A stretch of 64,000 bases of DNA from Octopus vulgaris. Lineage: Eukaryota. Positions within the stretch are counted from its first letter, which is position 1. Each line of letters opens with the position of its first letter. Shown piece by piece: positions 37,347 to 50,631 of the stretch. The stretch covers positions 22,258,001 through 22,322,000 of the forward strand of contig OX597840.1 in assembly GCA_951406725.2 (NCBI GenBank), written 5' to 3'. The notes under the pieces are model-generated. The model had not been told where the DNA came from, searched no databases, and was given only the letters and a program-made list of their open reading frames with translations. Made by a program: the position numbers and the translations under genes.

Positions 37347-38590
37347 GAACTTTTAGGTGCAGGCATGGTTGTGTGGTTAAGATCGCTTTGTAACCACGTA
37401 GGTTCTGCGTTCAGTTTCACTGCACGGCACCTTAGACAGGTGTCTCCAGTGATAACCGCAGGTCTGACCAATGCCTTATGAGGGAATTTGGTTTGGTAGA
37501 CAGAAACTGTGTGGAAGCCCGTGATGTATGTGTTTGTGTTTGTCACCTCCCACCCAACCCCGCTCGACAACCAGTGTTGATTTGTTTACGTCCTTGTAAC
37601 TTAGCGGCCCGGCAAAAATAACTGATAGAGTAAGTGTCAAACTTAAAAGATAAGTACTGGGGTCGATTGGTGTTGCTAAGTCTTTCAGTACTACTTAAAT
37701 ACAGAGATCCCTAAAAACTAACTCGAACCCTACGGGACCTCACTTAAGTAGTGCCAATCTTTCAAGACTGTCCAATGACCCCCCATACACGCACAACTCA
37801 CAAGTCTGTGCTTACACCCTCATTTGATTGTTGTTTACCCCAGTTCCCCTTGTGTTCAAGCAAGTGAGGGTACAATGCTCCCAACATGAATGAGACCCCA
37901 GTTGGCGTCATGGTTGACCTCCAACTGTTGCTCTTATTCAATTCCAGCTGTGAAGCTTTTGCATAAAAACTAAATGCACCTTCCAGTCTGAGAATCAAAA
38001 CCTCTTCACAACTAATCCATTATCTGTGCATGTGTTCTGTCGACCTCATGGTCTCGGATTTAGTTCCACTGTGTGGTGATACGTTGGGAAAGTGACATCT
38101 ATTGTAGTCCCAGGTCAACCAAGGCATTGTAAATGGATTCAGTTGATGGAAACTGAAAGAAGCCCATTGTGTATATCTTTTATTTGTTTTGGTCTTGGGT
38201 GTTGGGGCACCATCTTCAAAAATGTTAGTTGAAGGACTCAACTCCGGTACTTTCTTTTTTTTTTTGAGCCTGGTACTTATTGTATCAGTTTCTTTCGCTG
38301 AACCATTAAGTTAGTGGGATGTAAACACACCAACAGTGGCTGTCAAGCAGTTGTAGGAGACAAATACAGACACACACACACACACCTAAATATATATACA
38401 ATGGGCTTACTTCAGTTTTTGTCTACCAAATACACTTTGGTAGATAAGGCCTGGTTGGCCTGAGGCTATAGTAGAAGACACTTGCCCAAAGTGACACACA
38501 GTGGGACTGAACCTAGAATCATGTGGTTGCGAAGCAAACTTCTCACTACACAGCCACTCATGCACCTGTATGTGTGTGTCTAGAGATATA

Positions 38591-39240
38591 CAGGGTGTGG
38601 TGAATATATTGTCGTCTAAATTATGCAGAAATGAAAATAACACTGACATCTCATCACAGAAAAATATCTTGAAATGCTAAAGAGTAAATTTATTTAATGA
38701 AATCATCATTGGCTTCAACCATGGCCTCCAGATGACTTTGGAATCTCCCGCAACTCTTCTGGACGGTCTCCTTGTTTAAGTTGGTGAATGCTGTCATAAT
38801 CCTTGCCTTCAGTTCATTTTTGGTGTTACAAGGAGTTTTGTTGGTCTCTCGCTCAACTGCACCCCACACATAATAATCAAGGGGGTTGCAGTCTGGGGAG
38901 TTAGGTGGCTAGATGTTTGGCGTGATGAGCTCACAGAAATTGCCTGACAACCATGACTGGGTCCTCCTGCTTGTGTGGCATGGTGCAGAGTCCTGTTGCC
39001 AGACGTAGAGTCACCCTCTTGACTCAGGGCAGCACTACCTCCTCCAGACACTTGATGTAGAGCCACCATGTTGAGTGTGAGGCCATGTGGGAAGATGAAT
39101 GGAGGCATAATGCTGCCATCACTAGTGATCACTTGAAACCCCATGATGTTGACTGGATGTTTGATTTTTATCAGTCTCAGTCCATGTTTTGGGGACACGG
39201 CAAGCTTGTTCACCATCTGTTCATATTGGAGCTTCCAGTG
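38591..39240 (-). mobile_element. Tc1/mariner relic (maT/DD37D-like)
   Basis: QQDSAPCHTSRRTQSWL..PPNSPDCNPLDYYVWG; TA-cagggtg terminus at 38591. Confidence 0.7.
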
Positions 39241-39624
39241 CAAATGCCAAACAGTTCAGCATGTCGTTTCCAAGACTTGTAGCTTAGTGGTTAGGGTAAT
39301 CAGCTCACAATTATAAGGTCCTGAGTTTGATTCCTGGTGGCAGACTCCGTCCTTGAGCAAGACACTTTATTTCCCATTGCTCCAATCCACTCAGCTAGCA
39401 AAAATGAGAGTAGTACCTGTATTTCAAAGGGCCAGCCTTGTCACATTCTGTGTCATGCTGAATCTCCCCGATTCATTAAAGATATGCATGTCTATGGAGT
39501 ACTCAACCACTTGTACATTAAATTCATGAGCAGGCTGTCCCATTGATCGAATCAACTGGAACCCTCGTTGTTGTAATCAACAGAGTACCAGTCATATATA
39601 ACGTCGTCACACACACATACACAC

Positions 39625-40360
39625 ACTAGATGGTGCCAAAGTAGGTTGATGTTTCCCACTTACCAGGCACACTCATAAGTATTGTGGGTCTGCCCTTATT
39701 ATAAACACATTCTTGTTGTCTGTCGGCCACACTGCAACACTTGGTAATACACAGGTCTAGGTTGGTGTTGATTTCCTAGCTGGTGGCGTCTGTAGTGAAC
39801 CCACACAGTTGAGGCAGAGTGTAAGGTTTTCTTTGGAATATTTTCTCTTTCCCAACACACCTAGAAAAAGAAATTCATGTGTGTGACATCTGGGGAATGA
39901 GGAGACCAATCAATGCTACCACATTGCATTGAGGAAATTGCACGTGTGAATTACATAATGAGGTGGTGCCCTATCTTTTTGGAATAAAATGTCACCATTG
40001 AGGGCACCACCTCCTTGCACAGCATGTCAAGGTAGTTGTTATCATTAACTGTCTTCTCAAAAAAAAAGAAGGTCCAAAGTTATTTGAGTATGCCAGACCA
40101 ACCTACACAATGACATCTGGCTGATTCATCTCCGTTGCTAATGTCAAGTGGCACAGTTATGCCTGTTGACTTATGATCTGACAACTTGAAGCAGGCCTCA
40201 TCTGACTGAACAATCTTCACAAGGAGTTGTGGGCTTTCATGAATTTTTTCAGCATGATTTCTGCAAACTGCATATTTCTGCAAACAGGCTATTCTCTGTT
40301 AGGTTTTGTAGGAGTTTAAGTCAATGATTTCAAGTTCATTTTTTTTTCTTTCTTCAGAGA
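39625..40360 (-). mobile_element. Tc1/mariner relic (rosa/DD41D-like)
   Basis: IVQSDEACFKL, FQKDRAPPHY and WSPHSPDVTHMNFF fragments. Confidence 0.6.
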
Positions 40361-41394
40361 CCACTGTGTGTCGAAGGCGTCACACTGTGGGACTGAACCT
40401 AGAACCATATGATTGAGAAGCAAACTTCTCACCACACACTTATACACACACACACACACACATGCATACATACACACATACATACATACGCTTACTAATA
40501 TGTATGTGTCTTGTCTAACCCCTTGTGACATGCAAGCATCATTCATCAAATCTTACCTGAATACATATTACCAAAGAAAAATATTTTCCTCTGAAAACTG
40601 GAGGCTGGTCACAAGAAAGGTATCTAGTCCTACAAAGTCTGCTTCAAATCTGCCCCCCTGCTCTTGTGGTGGTCATAATGAAATTGATATAAGTATATAT
40701 TTAAATACTCATTTTTATTTATGTATACACACACATACTTGTAGCTTAATGAACACAGTATATATTTTAATGAGCTACTGATAGTTTCATGCAATGAAAA
40801 AAACCAGCATTTTATAGCACCATTGATGCCGTCATGCAATCTTTAGGCTTTGCTCACATGAAGATTGCATGAAGGCATCAGGTACGTTATTATAAACTGC
40901 TGTCTTAGTCATTTTCATTGCATGAAACTATAAGTAGCTCATAAAAGTATCTACTATGTTTATTGAACAATTTCTTAACCAGATGGACTACATTTTTTGT
41001 TGATCTTACCTTCGTGGAACAGCAATGTACTTTATATAAACACACACACATTCTCTTATTCTTTTACACATTTCAGTCATTTGACTGCAGCCATGCTGGA
41101 GCACCACCTTAAAGGCTTTTTTAGATGAAGATATCGATCACCTTTGTAAGCCTAGTACTTATTCTACTGGTCTCTTTTGCTGAACTGCTTTGTCAAGTGA
41201 TGTTGGGGGGGACAGGCACACATAAATACACACACACACACACATATATATATAATGGGCTTCTTTCAGTTTCTGTCTACCAAATCCACTCAAGCTTTTG
41301 GTCAGCCCAAGGCTATAGTAAACTCTTGCCCAAGATGCCAGGCAGTAGGACTGAACCTAGAATCCTGTGGTTCAGAAGCAAGCTTCTTACAACT

Positions 41395-42200
41395 CAGCAA
41401 AGTTCAGAGAGCTCCTATCCCTGCAGGTAACAAAGGGCCTCTCTCTCAGAGTGAAAGGCAGATTGTATGATGCTTGTGTGCGAACAGCCATGCTACATGG
41501 CAGTGAAACATGGGCTGTGACAGCTGAGGATATCCGTAGGCTTGAAAGAAATTAAGCCAGTACGCTTCACTGGATGTGCAATGTCAGTGTGCCTGTTTGA
41601 CAGAGAGGAAAGTTGGGCATAAGAAGCTTCAGATGTGGTGTGCAAGGGAGATAACTGCACTGGAATGGTCATGTGATGCATATAGACAAGGCCAGCTATG
41701 TAAAGAAGTGCCATTCTCTAACTGGAGGGAACCTGTGATAGAGGTAGACCCAGGAAGACATGGGACAAGGTGGGTGAGGCATGATCTTCAAACTTTGAGC
41801 CTCACAGAGGCGATGACTGGTGTCTGAGACCTTTGGTGATGTGCTGTGCTTGAGAGACCCCTTCAAGCCAAGTGCACCTATGCTGTTCTCACGTAAAGAA
41901 CATCTTTTGAATGTTGGGCCTCACGGAAGCAAAGTGGCCGAGTACCTTTCAAGTGTTGGGCCTCTTGGAGGCAATGACCAAGACCTTTGGCATTATGTTG
42001 TGCTTGAGAAGACCCATCAAGCCGAACAAAATTGCAGTTGTGGCAGATACTGTTGTCATGCAAATTGGCACCCATTGCACTCTTGGAGTGATTGGCATTA
42101 GGAAGGACATCCAGCCGTAGAAAACCATGCCAAATCAGACTGGAGTCTGGTGCAGCCTTCCAGCATACCAACACATGGACAACAGACGTTAAATAATGAT
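41395..42200 (+). mobile_element. RTE-type LINE 3' end with (GAT)n-ending tail
   Basis: KGLSLRVKGRLYDACVRTAMLHGSETW..RRLERN, then the 3' tail shared by many dispersed copies (about 480-737, 4215-4318, 48420-48625, 50000-50340 minus, 56420-56571); a related fragment at about 32085-32370. Confidence 0.75.
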
Positions 42201-43329
42201 AATATATATATATATCTTTTTATCTTATATTAAACTTTTTAATACTTTTTGATAGTTATATATATTTAAAAAAAAATTTAAATATAAATTAATAATTTTA
42301 AATTTAAATAATTTAAATTTTAAAATTTTATATATTTTGTATATTATATTAATTATTTTTTATGTTTTTCACTGTTTGATTTGCCTAATAGTGGTTTTAT
42401 CTCTAATTTAATTTATATATATATATATATAATGCATGTCAGAGTATTACAGTATTGACCTGACTATCAGATATTGTTATACATCGCTGGTTGCAATGCT
42501 CTTTGCATCATTTTAGCTTATCTAATGATACCACCCTGTTGGCTAGGTGAGTTGGAAGACTAACTTGTTGTAGGGTTAATCATATTTACAGCTGAGTGGA
42601 CTGGGGCAATGTGAAATGAAGTGTTTTGCTCAAGAACAGAATATACCACTCGGTCTGAAAGTTGAAACCACAATCTCATGATCATGACTGCAACATGACA
42701 AAATCCCTAACCAGTAGGCTATGCATCTTCACATATATATATATATATACTCTGTATATGTCTTTATATTTGTGTATATAGTCGTCCACTCTGTAAGGTG
42801 GTTGGTGTTAGGCAGTGTATCCAGCTGTATAAACCCTGCCAAAACAGACAGGGAAGCCTGGTACAGTCCCCTGCCAATTCCTGTCAATTCATCCAACCCA
42901 TGCCAACATAGAAAACTGACATTAAATGATGATGATGATATATATATTTGAATAGGTTAACAGAACCCAAATAACTACACTTTCCTCTGTCTGTCCTTTT
43001 CTTCTGAAGATGGGCCTTTGCACTTGAAATATAAAGGTTTTATTAAACTTTCCACATTGTCAGAAGCATTTCATTTTCTCTTTTTTACCTTCTTCGACAA
43101 GGTACAAGTCTGAGCAAGGTTGTTTATGGAAGACCAGCAGTTGCCCATGGATATCAGCATCCCTTCTCCACACTACTGATGTTATCCAAAGGAAAGGCAA
43201 AGGCTGAGTGAACTGGAACAATGTAAAATAAAGTGTCTTGCTCAAGAACACAACACACAGCCTGGTATGGGAATCAAACTCACTACCTCGTGATTATGAG
43301 CCCAACACTCTAACCACAGAATCATGTGC

Positions 43330-45580
43330 CTTACTAGTTCTAAAACAATGCCTTTGAGTAATAACCGTTTAACAGACAGTATCTGGGATCTTTGAAACTA
43401 CCTTTAAGTTTATCAGCAATTCCATTACATTTATTGAGAACAGTCATATTAGACCGTCTGAGACAAGAAGAAAAGCTAATCTTTAGGATTCTTCTGTTAA
43501 AAATTCTGTGATATGTCACTTGGAAAATGTCAAGATTTAGTAAATTAAAAATTTCTTGACCTGCATTTGTTGTAACACTTATGCTAAATGTTGGATTATA
43601 TCACAAAACCTTTCTAGCTCTTGCTCTATGAAACCTGGGGTTGGCACCATTAGCAATATTGGAAATCTGATGAGAATCTACTATTGCCATGTGCATCATT
43701 GTAATATGGTAAGGCATCATTAAAAGCTACCTCATCTGATGACACTGAGAAAATACATTTACCCATATGTTGACCATATTTTTGAGAATACAGGTTGGGT
43801 AGTTTGATGCTTTGTTGATAGAGAGTAGTGTTTGATTAGGCTTGCAATCTGACTTAAAAGTGTTTGATCACAAATCTGAGTTAATATCTAAAAAGTTAAC
43901 ATTATTAAGGGTCATGTCAACTAATTTTTAGCCCATCTGTTGGAAGAATACAATAAGATTCTTCCTAAGGCTATCATTCCTGTATAAACCTACATCTAAA
44001 TTAGATTTTATATGCAAATAGTGCAAAATTTACGCTCCTTCATACATACCCATCAGTACATTAAACAAAGCACCTCTATTCTTCTTGACCCAGGTGAAGT
44101 CATGGCAAAATAGTAAAGATTTCCCAGCATGCAGGATGATGTTGGTGTCAGACTTGCTGATGGGCACATATTCCTTAGCAAAATCTAGTGCTTTGAGCAG
44201 TAGTGGTCTTGTTATAGATGGGTAGAAGCCCACGATATTAATCTTGGTAAACTTACAATTATTACTTATCGTTAATGCCTTTAAACCAGTCTATAACAGA
44301 TGTGCTGTTATCCCATAAAGGGAATTCTATGAATCTAGGGATCTTATGAAGAATTGAATCTAAAATATTCTTGCTAATTATTTGTATTTTTGTTTTAGCT
44401 GGGTTGATTGGTCTACAGTTAGGGTTTTTGCTAAAATTGGCTTTGAGACCTTAAAGGGAGGTACTCTATTTCATTACTGACATTAAGGCTGGTTGCTATT
44501 CTTCTTGCTACAAAGTTCATCTCTTTGTATAAAGCATTGTCCACTTTCTTATAAGTGTCTGTGATGCTGTTGGAGAGAAGCCTGTTATATAAATTTTTGT
44601 CCACAGCATATTGGTTTTTTTGATTTGCCAGATTGTATGAAAATGTTGTAATTTATATAGTTAATCTGTCCCTATAGAGTCCCCTGGCAAGCATTGCCCA
44701 CCATACTGAATTTCTTTTCAAAAGGTTCTAAATTCTTATTTGCTAGGGGGTTTTTCCTTGATTTGAGGTGGTCAGTGCTGTCTTGTCATTCATTCCTTTT
44801 GCAAAAATATGCTTGCCATCTCATTCTGTGGAAGAAATCTTTGGTTTTCTCTATAGATTTTTCAAGCACTGCTTATTCAATGGAACTGGAGTGTTCTTCA
44901 TTGAAAAATTCAGTAGGTGTTCCGTTTTCTCCTTGTGGAGATCACTTGAACTTACAAAAGGAGTAATACACCATACAAGTAGACATAGGTGCAAAATGAA
45001 GTGGGGAAAAATAGTACTCGAATAGCAAAAGTAGAGTAAAATACTGTTTTATTAAAGCCAAAAATATATTTCAAAAACTATTATTCAGAATTTCACGTGA
45101 CTGCCTATCAAACAGTTGTGATGATACAAAAAACTGGTAAAGAAATTTTATAAATTGTGTGTAAGCGTTTATGGTTACCAATTCAACAAATAAACATTTA
45201 AAGCTGATTGGGCAAATATTTAGAAACATAATGGTGTACATTGGATGCAAGTGGGGATCGACTGTAAACAGAAATAAACATAAATGATAGATGAATTGAT
45301 AAACAATTGTAGTAAAAGAGTAAACAAAGTAAAATGATCTGTGTCAAGAATAAGAAATAGCAAGAAATTAAAAAAGAACCAAATAGAATTGGGACAAAAA
45401 TGAAAATTGAAGATTAAAAACTACAACTGCTAACACTGAGGAAATACACTTAGCCATTCTAAGCATATTTTTGAGAATAGAGTGGATGATTTGACGTTGA
45501 TATTGAGTAGCTTTTCATTAGGCTTAAAAGTGTTGGATCACAAATCTAAGTTGATATCTAAAAATTTAACACTTTTCCTG
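43330..45580 (-). mobile_element. Degenerate Penelope-like retroelement (reverse transcriptase relic, possibly Naiad-type) with partial tandem duplication
   Basis: minus-strand fragments CRPINPAKTKIQIISKNILDS, FYPSITRPLLLKALDFAK..HAGKSLLF..WVKK..LFNVLMGMYEGA, VNFLDINSDL; second NFLD-like block at about 45430-45580; decayed hammerhead at about 45080-45117. Confidence 0.75.
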
Positions 45581-48500
45581 GTGGGTCTTTGCTATGCTGG
45601 TGTCGTTTGCCGTAGGCACATTGTTGTCAGGGGTGCTGGTGTTTGTTTTGTTGTGTTCCTCTCTTACAGCATCACTCTGATTCTTCTTAGTTTCCATTGA
45701 AGTAGTTTGGAGTGTGTGGCACTGGCTTTTTTTTTTGTTTTTGTGCCTTTTTCTGTTTTGTCCTCTTTGAAAATACTGTTTTAATCACTCAATGTGCAGT
45801 TTAATCAGAGCATATAAATTCATTCTTTTCCCTTTCTATTTGAGCTATGGTTTGGTGAAAAGCAAAGCACTCCACAGTCTCTGGATTTGATTGTTTGTTG
45901 GTGATCCTTCTGCTAAATCCCATGCAAGGAGCATAGTTTTTATTTCCTCAAACTGTCAGTTTCTTTGGATTTTAAAAGCAATGGTATTTTTGGTGTAGTT
46001 GGTTTTGCTGAGACAGAGAGGGTGGAGGGTGGGAAGAAGTAGACATATGCAGAGAGAGAGAGGGGGGGTGTAAAAGTAGTCAAGAAAAGCAGGGTGATGT
46101 AAATGGAGATGAAGTGACAGAGAGAAAACAACAGATGCGATAGAGGGATGTAGGGGTAGTCAGAAAAGGCAGAGAGAGAAGATGAGATCGAGAGAGAAAG
46201 AGATGGAAATGCAAAAACAGAGGGGGAAATGTGGAGGTAAGAGAAACGGATAAATTCATGCAGATAGAGATGAAGAGGTATAAATAAAAAGATAGAGAGG
46301 AAAAGACGGGAAAGAATGTAAGTTGCAGGGATAGAGAAATATATCAATGCAAATAGCGATGGAGACACAGCTCAAAGACATCAATAAAAATTCAATCTGA
46401 CACCAAGCAGGTGTTAATAAGAATTATCAGCAGGTATTTAGGAAAAAAGTGAATAATCAACTTTTGTTTCTCTTACCTTCAAATTGGCTAAATTAAAACA
46501 AAACAGAATTCTCCATGCTTTGCCATGTCCTTACCTAAATGCAAGATGTAACCTACATAGTTCATCATTGAAAAATTTGAAGACCTCACATTCTAAAATT
46601 TCTTGCATTATTTTAGCAATCTACAAAATTGCATACAAAAGTTAGGCTTATACAAGTTAAAATCTCATCACCATATTTTCAGAGAGAAAAACAGCATTCG
46701 TATGGAGAGATCTCGTTATATTCAGGCAACATGTCAAGTTGACCTTGATCTTTTGACGTCAGAAAATTCCTTATAACTGTATAATGGTTGATTAAACTAA
46801 AAATATTTTTTTAATTATGACATATTGGCAGTAATAAGTTTCAGCAAGAGACCAATTAGATTTCAATTCAGTTCAATCTAATCGCAATTTTTCAAGATTT
46901 TCCAAGAATTTAACTTGACAAACCTTGACTAGTGAGGGCTGTCTTTATGTATATGGTTAATAATTTCTAGATGGGCTTGCCATATATTCAGCATGACTCC
47001 TGTTCCTATTCCTCCAGTCTGTAACCCTCATTTGAGGGCTCTTATCTTGGCAACCTCACTGGTGCTGGTACCATGTAAAAGGTACCCAGTACACTCTGTT
47101 AAGTGGTTGGCATTAGGAAGGGCGTCCAGCCATAGAAGCCATAGAATCTAACTGACTCCTCTAACTTGTCTGTTCTTATCAAACTGTCCAACCCATGCTG
47201 GCTTGGAAAAAAAGGACATTAAATGATGATTTTAGTTATCATGAGGTGCAGGAGTGGCTAGGAAGCTTACTTCCCAACCACATGGTCCTGGGTTCAGTCC
47301 CACTGCATGGCACCTTGGGCAAGTGTCTTCTACTATAGCCTTGGGCCGACCAAAGCCTTGTGAGTGGATTTGGTAGATGGAAACTGAAAGAAGCCCATCA
47401 TATATATATATATATACACATACATACATACATACATATATATATATATATATTATAAGTATTATTACAATACAATAGTATTATTTTCCAGTGAAATAGA
47501 GCACCATAAAGGTAGAATTATAAATAGGAAATAGTGGCACAACAAGGTACGAAGTTTTACTGGCAATACTAGGTAAAGCTTCACTGAATGTATAGAAGCA
47601 AAGATGTGTGTGGATGGCAAACAAAAATTTTTTGTCTTACCTCTAGGAAGAATGCCAGAGAAATGGACAACCTAGGACTTGGGTTTCGGACTTTTCAGAA
47701 TACGTTTGTTATCATAAAACTGATTGGTGTTGGTTGGCTAGGTCTACTGAAAAACTAAATTTAAAATATCTGCTACATCAGTGCCTGTATACGCAGCCAA
47801 TAGCCCCAGCCATAAACAGAACCAAGATCAGTGAAAAAGTTTTATATAAAAATTATAAATATTGATACAATAGTATTATTTTCCAGTGAAATAAAGCACC
47901 GTAATGGTAGAATTATAAATAGGAAATAGTGGCATAACAGGATACCAATTTTTACTGGAAATAGCAGTTGATAGCCGTTTGATGCTAGGTAAAGCTTCAT
48001 AATGTATAGATGCAAAGATGTGTGCAGGTGGCGAATTATATCCTATTTATATATATGTGTGTGTCTGTGTTTGTACCCACCATCACTGCTTGAGAACTGG
48101 CGTTGGTGTGTTTATGTCCCAATAACTTAGTGGTTCAGCAAAAGTGATGCTAGAATAAGTACTGGACTTCAAAAAATAAGTCCTGGAGTTGATTTTTTTG
48201 ACTAAAAACCCTTCAAGGCGGTGCTCCAACATGGCTGCAGTCAAGTGGCTGAAACAAGTAAAAGAATAAAAGAATATATGTATATATATGTCTATATACA
48301 TGTGTATCTATGTGTGTGTGTATATATATATATAGACTTAATCCGTTTGTCCATCCTTGTTTGTCTCCTCTATGTTTAGCCCCTTGTGACCAATAAAGAA
48401 ATAAGAATTAAGTGCTACCATCCAATCGTGGCCGTTTGCCAGCCTCGTCTGGCACATAAAAAGCACCTACTACACTCACGGAGTGGTTGGCGTTAGGAAG

Positions 48501-50369
48501 GGCATCCAGCTGTAGAAACACTGCCAGATCAAGACTGGGCCTGATGCAGCCTTCTGGCTTCCCAGACCCCAGTTGAACCGTCCAACCCATGCTAGCATGG
48601 AGAGCGGATGTTAAACAATGATGATTATATGTGTGTGTCCATATATGTGTATGTATGTATACGTCTATATACATGTGTATGTATATATGTCTATATACAT
48701 GCGTAGGTATATGTCTATATACATGTGTGTATATGTATGTGTACTCACATGTGCATGTATGTTTGTGCACGTGTGTGCACATGTATGTGTGCATGTATAT
48801 GTACGTACAGAGGTATATGGACATATCCATGTGAATATGCATGTTGGTATTTGGCATACTGAAGACCACTGGGAATGAGGCACCCCTCTGCCTTAGTTAA
48901 AGCATGTCTCTAGGTGAAGGTCACTCTGATATATGTAGGGAATGGCATTGACCATATTGGGGCTCTTATGCTTGCACTTGTGATCATGCCTTAACTTGTC
49001 TCTGGATCATGTCAGTAGGGTGGAGAGGATCTGTGAGGTGCTGTACAAGCCTTATTACCTGTATCTTGGGCAACTGTCTTCTACTAAAGCCTCAGGTTGA
49101 CCAAAGTTTTATGGGCAGATTTGGTGAATGGAAACTGAAAGAAGCCCTTTGTAATGTATGTATATATTTGTGTATGTGTATATATATATCTGTGTGTGTG
49201 TGTGCTTATCCCCCACTGCTGCTTGACAGCCAGTGTTGGTTTGTTTATGTCCCTGCAACATAGCAATTCAGCAGAAGAGAATGATAGAGTAAGTGTAAGA
49301 TTAAAAAAAAAAAAATTACTGGTGTCAATTTGTTCAATTAAACCCTTCAGAGGTGGTGCCCCAGCATGGCTGCAATCCAGTGACTGAAGCAAGTAAAAGT
49401 TGTAACATTACCTGATATTACTGACAATAGCAACTGTATATTCACAAGGTATTTTGTTCATTGCTCTACCTACTCAGCCATCACCACTCATATACTTATT
49501 TCTGGTCATCTGACTCCTGCAAACAGAGAAAAGTAGACATTGAAACAACGATGCGACAATTTTAGTCTTGCAAGTTGCATGGCAACCTTACTACTGCTGG
49601 TGACATGAAAAAAGCACCCTGTACATGCTATTAAGTGGTTGGCATTATTAGGAAGGGCATTCAGCTGTAGAAACGATGCCAAAGCAGACATTGGAGCACA
49701 ATGCTGTCTTCGGAGCCATCAGTTCCTGTAAAACTCCCCAACCCATGCCAGCAAGGAACATGGACATTAAATGTGGAAAATGATTAAATATGTCCTTGTA
49801 TGAATGTTCAGAGCAACATTTCTGAATAACAAAAAAAAGCAGAGATTTCACTGATGTTTTAGAATTTCATTATTTATTCTACAACTATTTTGATGGTGAA
49901 AATACAATCACTATCATTAATATAACTGCTTAATATATAAAAATACATGATTAGTTTAAATCTACTGGATAAAACCATTTTGTCAGGAAATCATCATCAT
50001 CATCATCATCTTTTAGCGTCCGCTTTCCATGCTAGCATGGGTTGGACGGGTCAACTGGGGTCTGTGAAGCTGGAAGGCTTCGTCAGGCCCAGTCAGATCT
50101 GGCAGTGTTTCTACGGCTGGATGCCCTTCTTAATGCCAACCACTCCGCGAGTGTAGTGGGTGTTTTTTACGTGCCACCTGCACAATTGCCAGACAGAGCT
50201 GGCGAACGGCCACAAACGGATGGTGCTTTTACGTGTCACCGGCACGGGGCCAGGCGATGCTGGCAACGGACACGAACGGATGGTGCTTTTACGTGCCACC
50301 GACACGGGGCCAGACAGAGCTGGCAAATATCTGTTGCAGCCAGTGCTTGCTGTAAAACGGTTGAGAATC

Positions 50370-50631
50370 GGAAGAGCATCAAGGGGACACTGGAGCACAA
50401 TAGGAAGAGCATCAAGGGGACACTGGAGCACAATAGGAAGAGCATCAAGGGGACACTGGAGCACAATAGGAAGAGCATCAAGGGGACACGGAGCACAATA
50501 GGAAGAGCATCAAGGGGACACTGGAGCACAATAGGAAGAGCATCAAGGGGACACTGGAGCACAATAGGAAGAGCATCAAGGGGACACTGGAGCACAATAG
50601 GAAGAGCATCAAGGGGACACTGGAGCACAAT
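50370..50631 (+). repeat. 33-bp tandem repeat, about 8 copies
   Basis: unit ggaagagcatcaaggggacactggagcacaata; one copy has a 1-bp deletion. Confidence 0.95.

Noticed and set aside
43000-43040. CTGAAGA...GAAA motif; a similar weak one at about 35190-35236
   Set aside because: Stems I and III cannot be formed convincingly
48408-48883. His/Tyr/Cys-rich ORFs on both strands
   Set aside because: Degenerate (TA/TG/CA)n repeat plus a LINE tail
50370-50631. CRISPR-like array or repeat-protein ORFs (218 aa at 50042-50698 and overlapping frames)
   Set aside because: Units are contiguous with no unique spacers, the context is eukaryotic, and the ORFs arise from a 33-bp repeat inside retroelement tails
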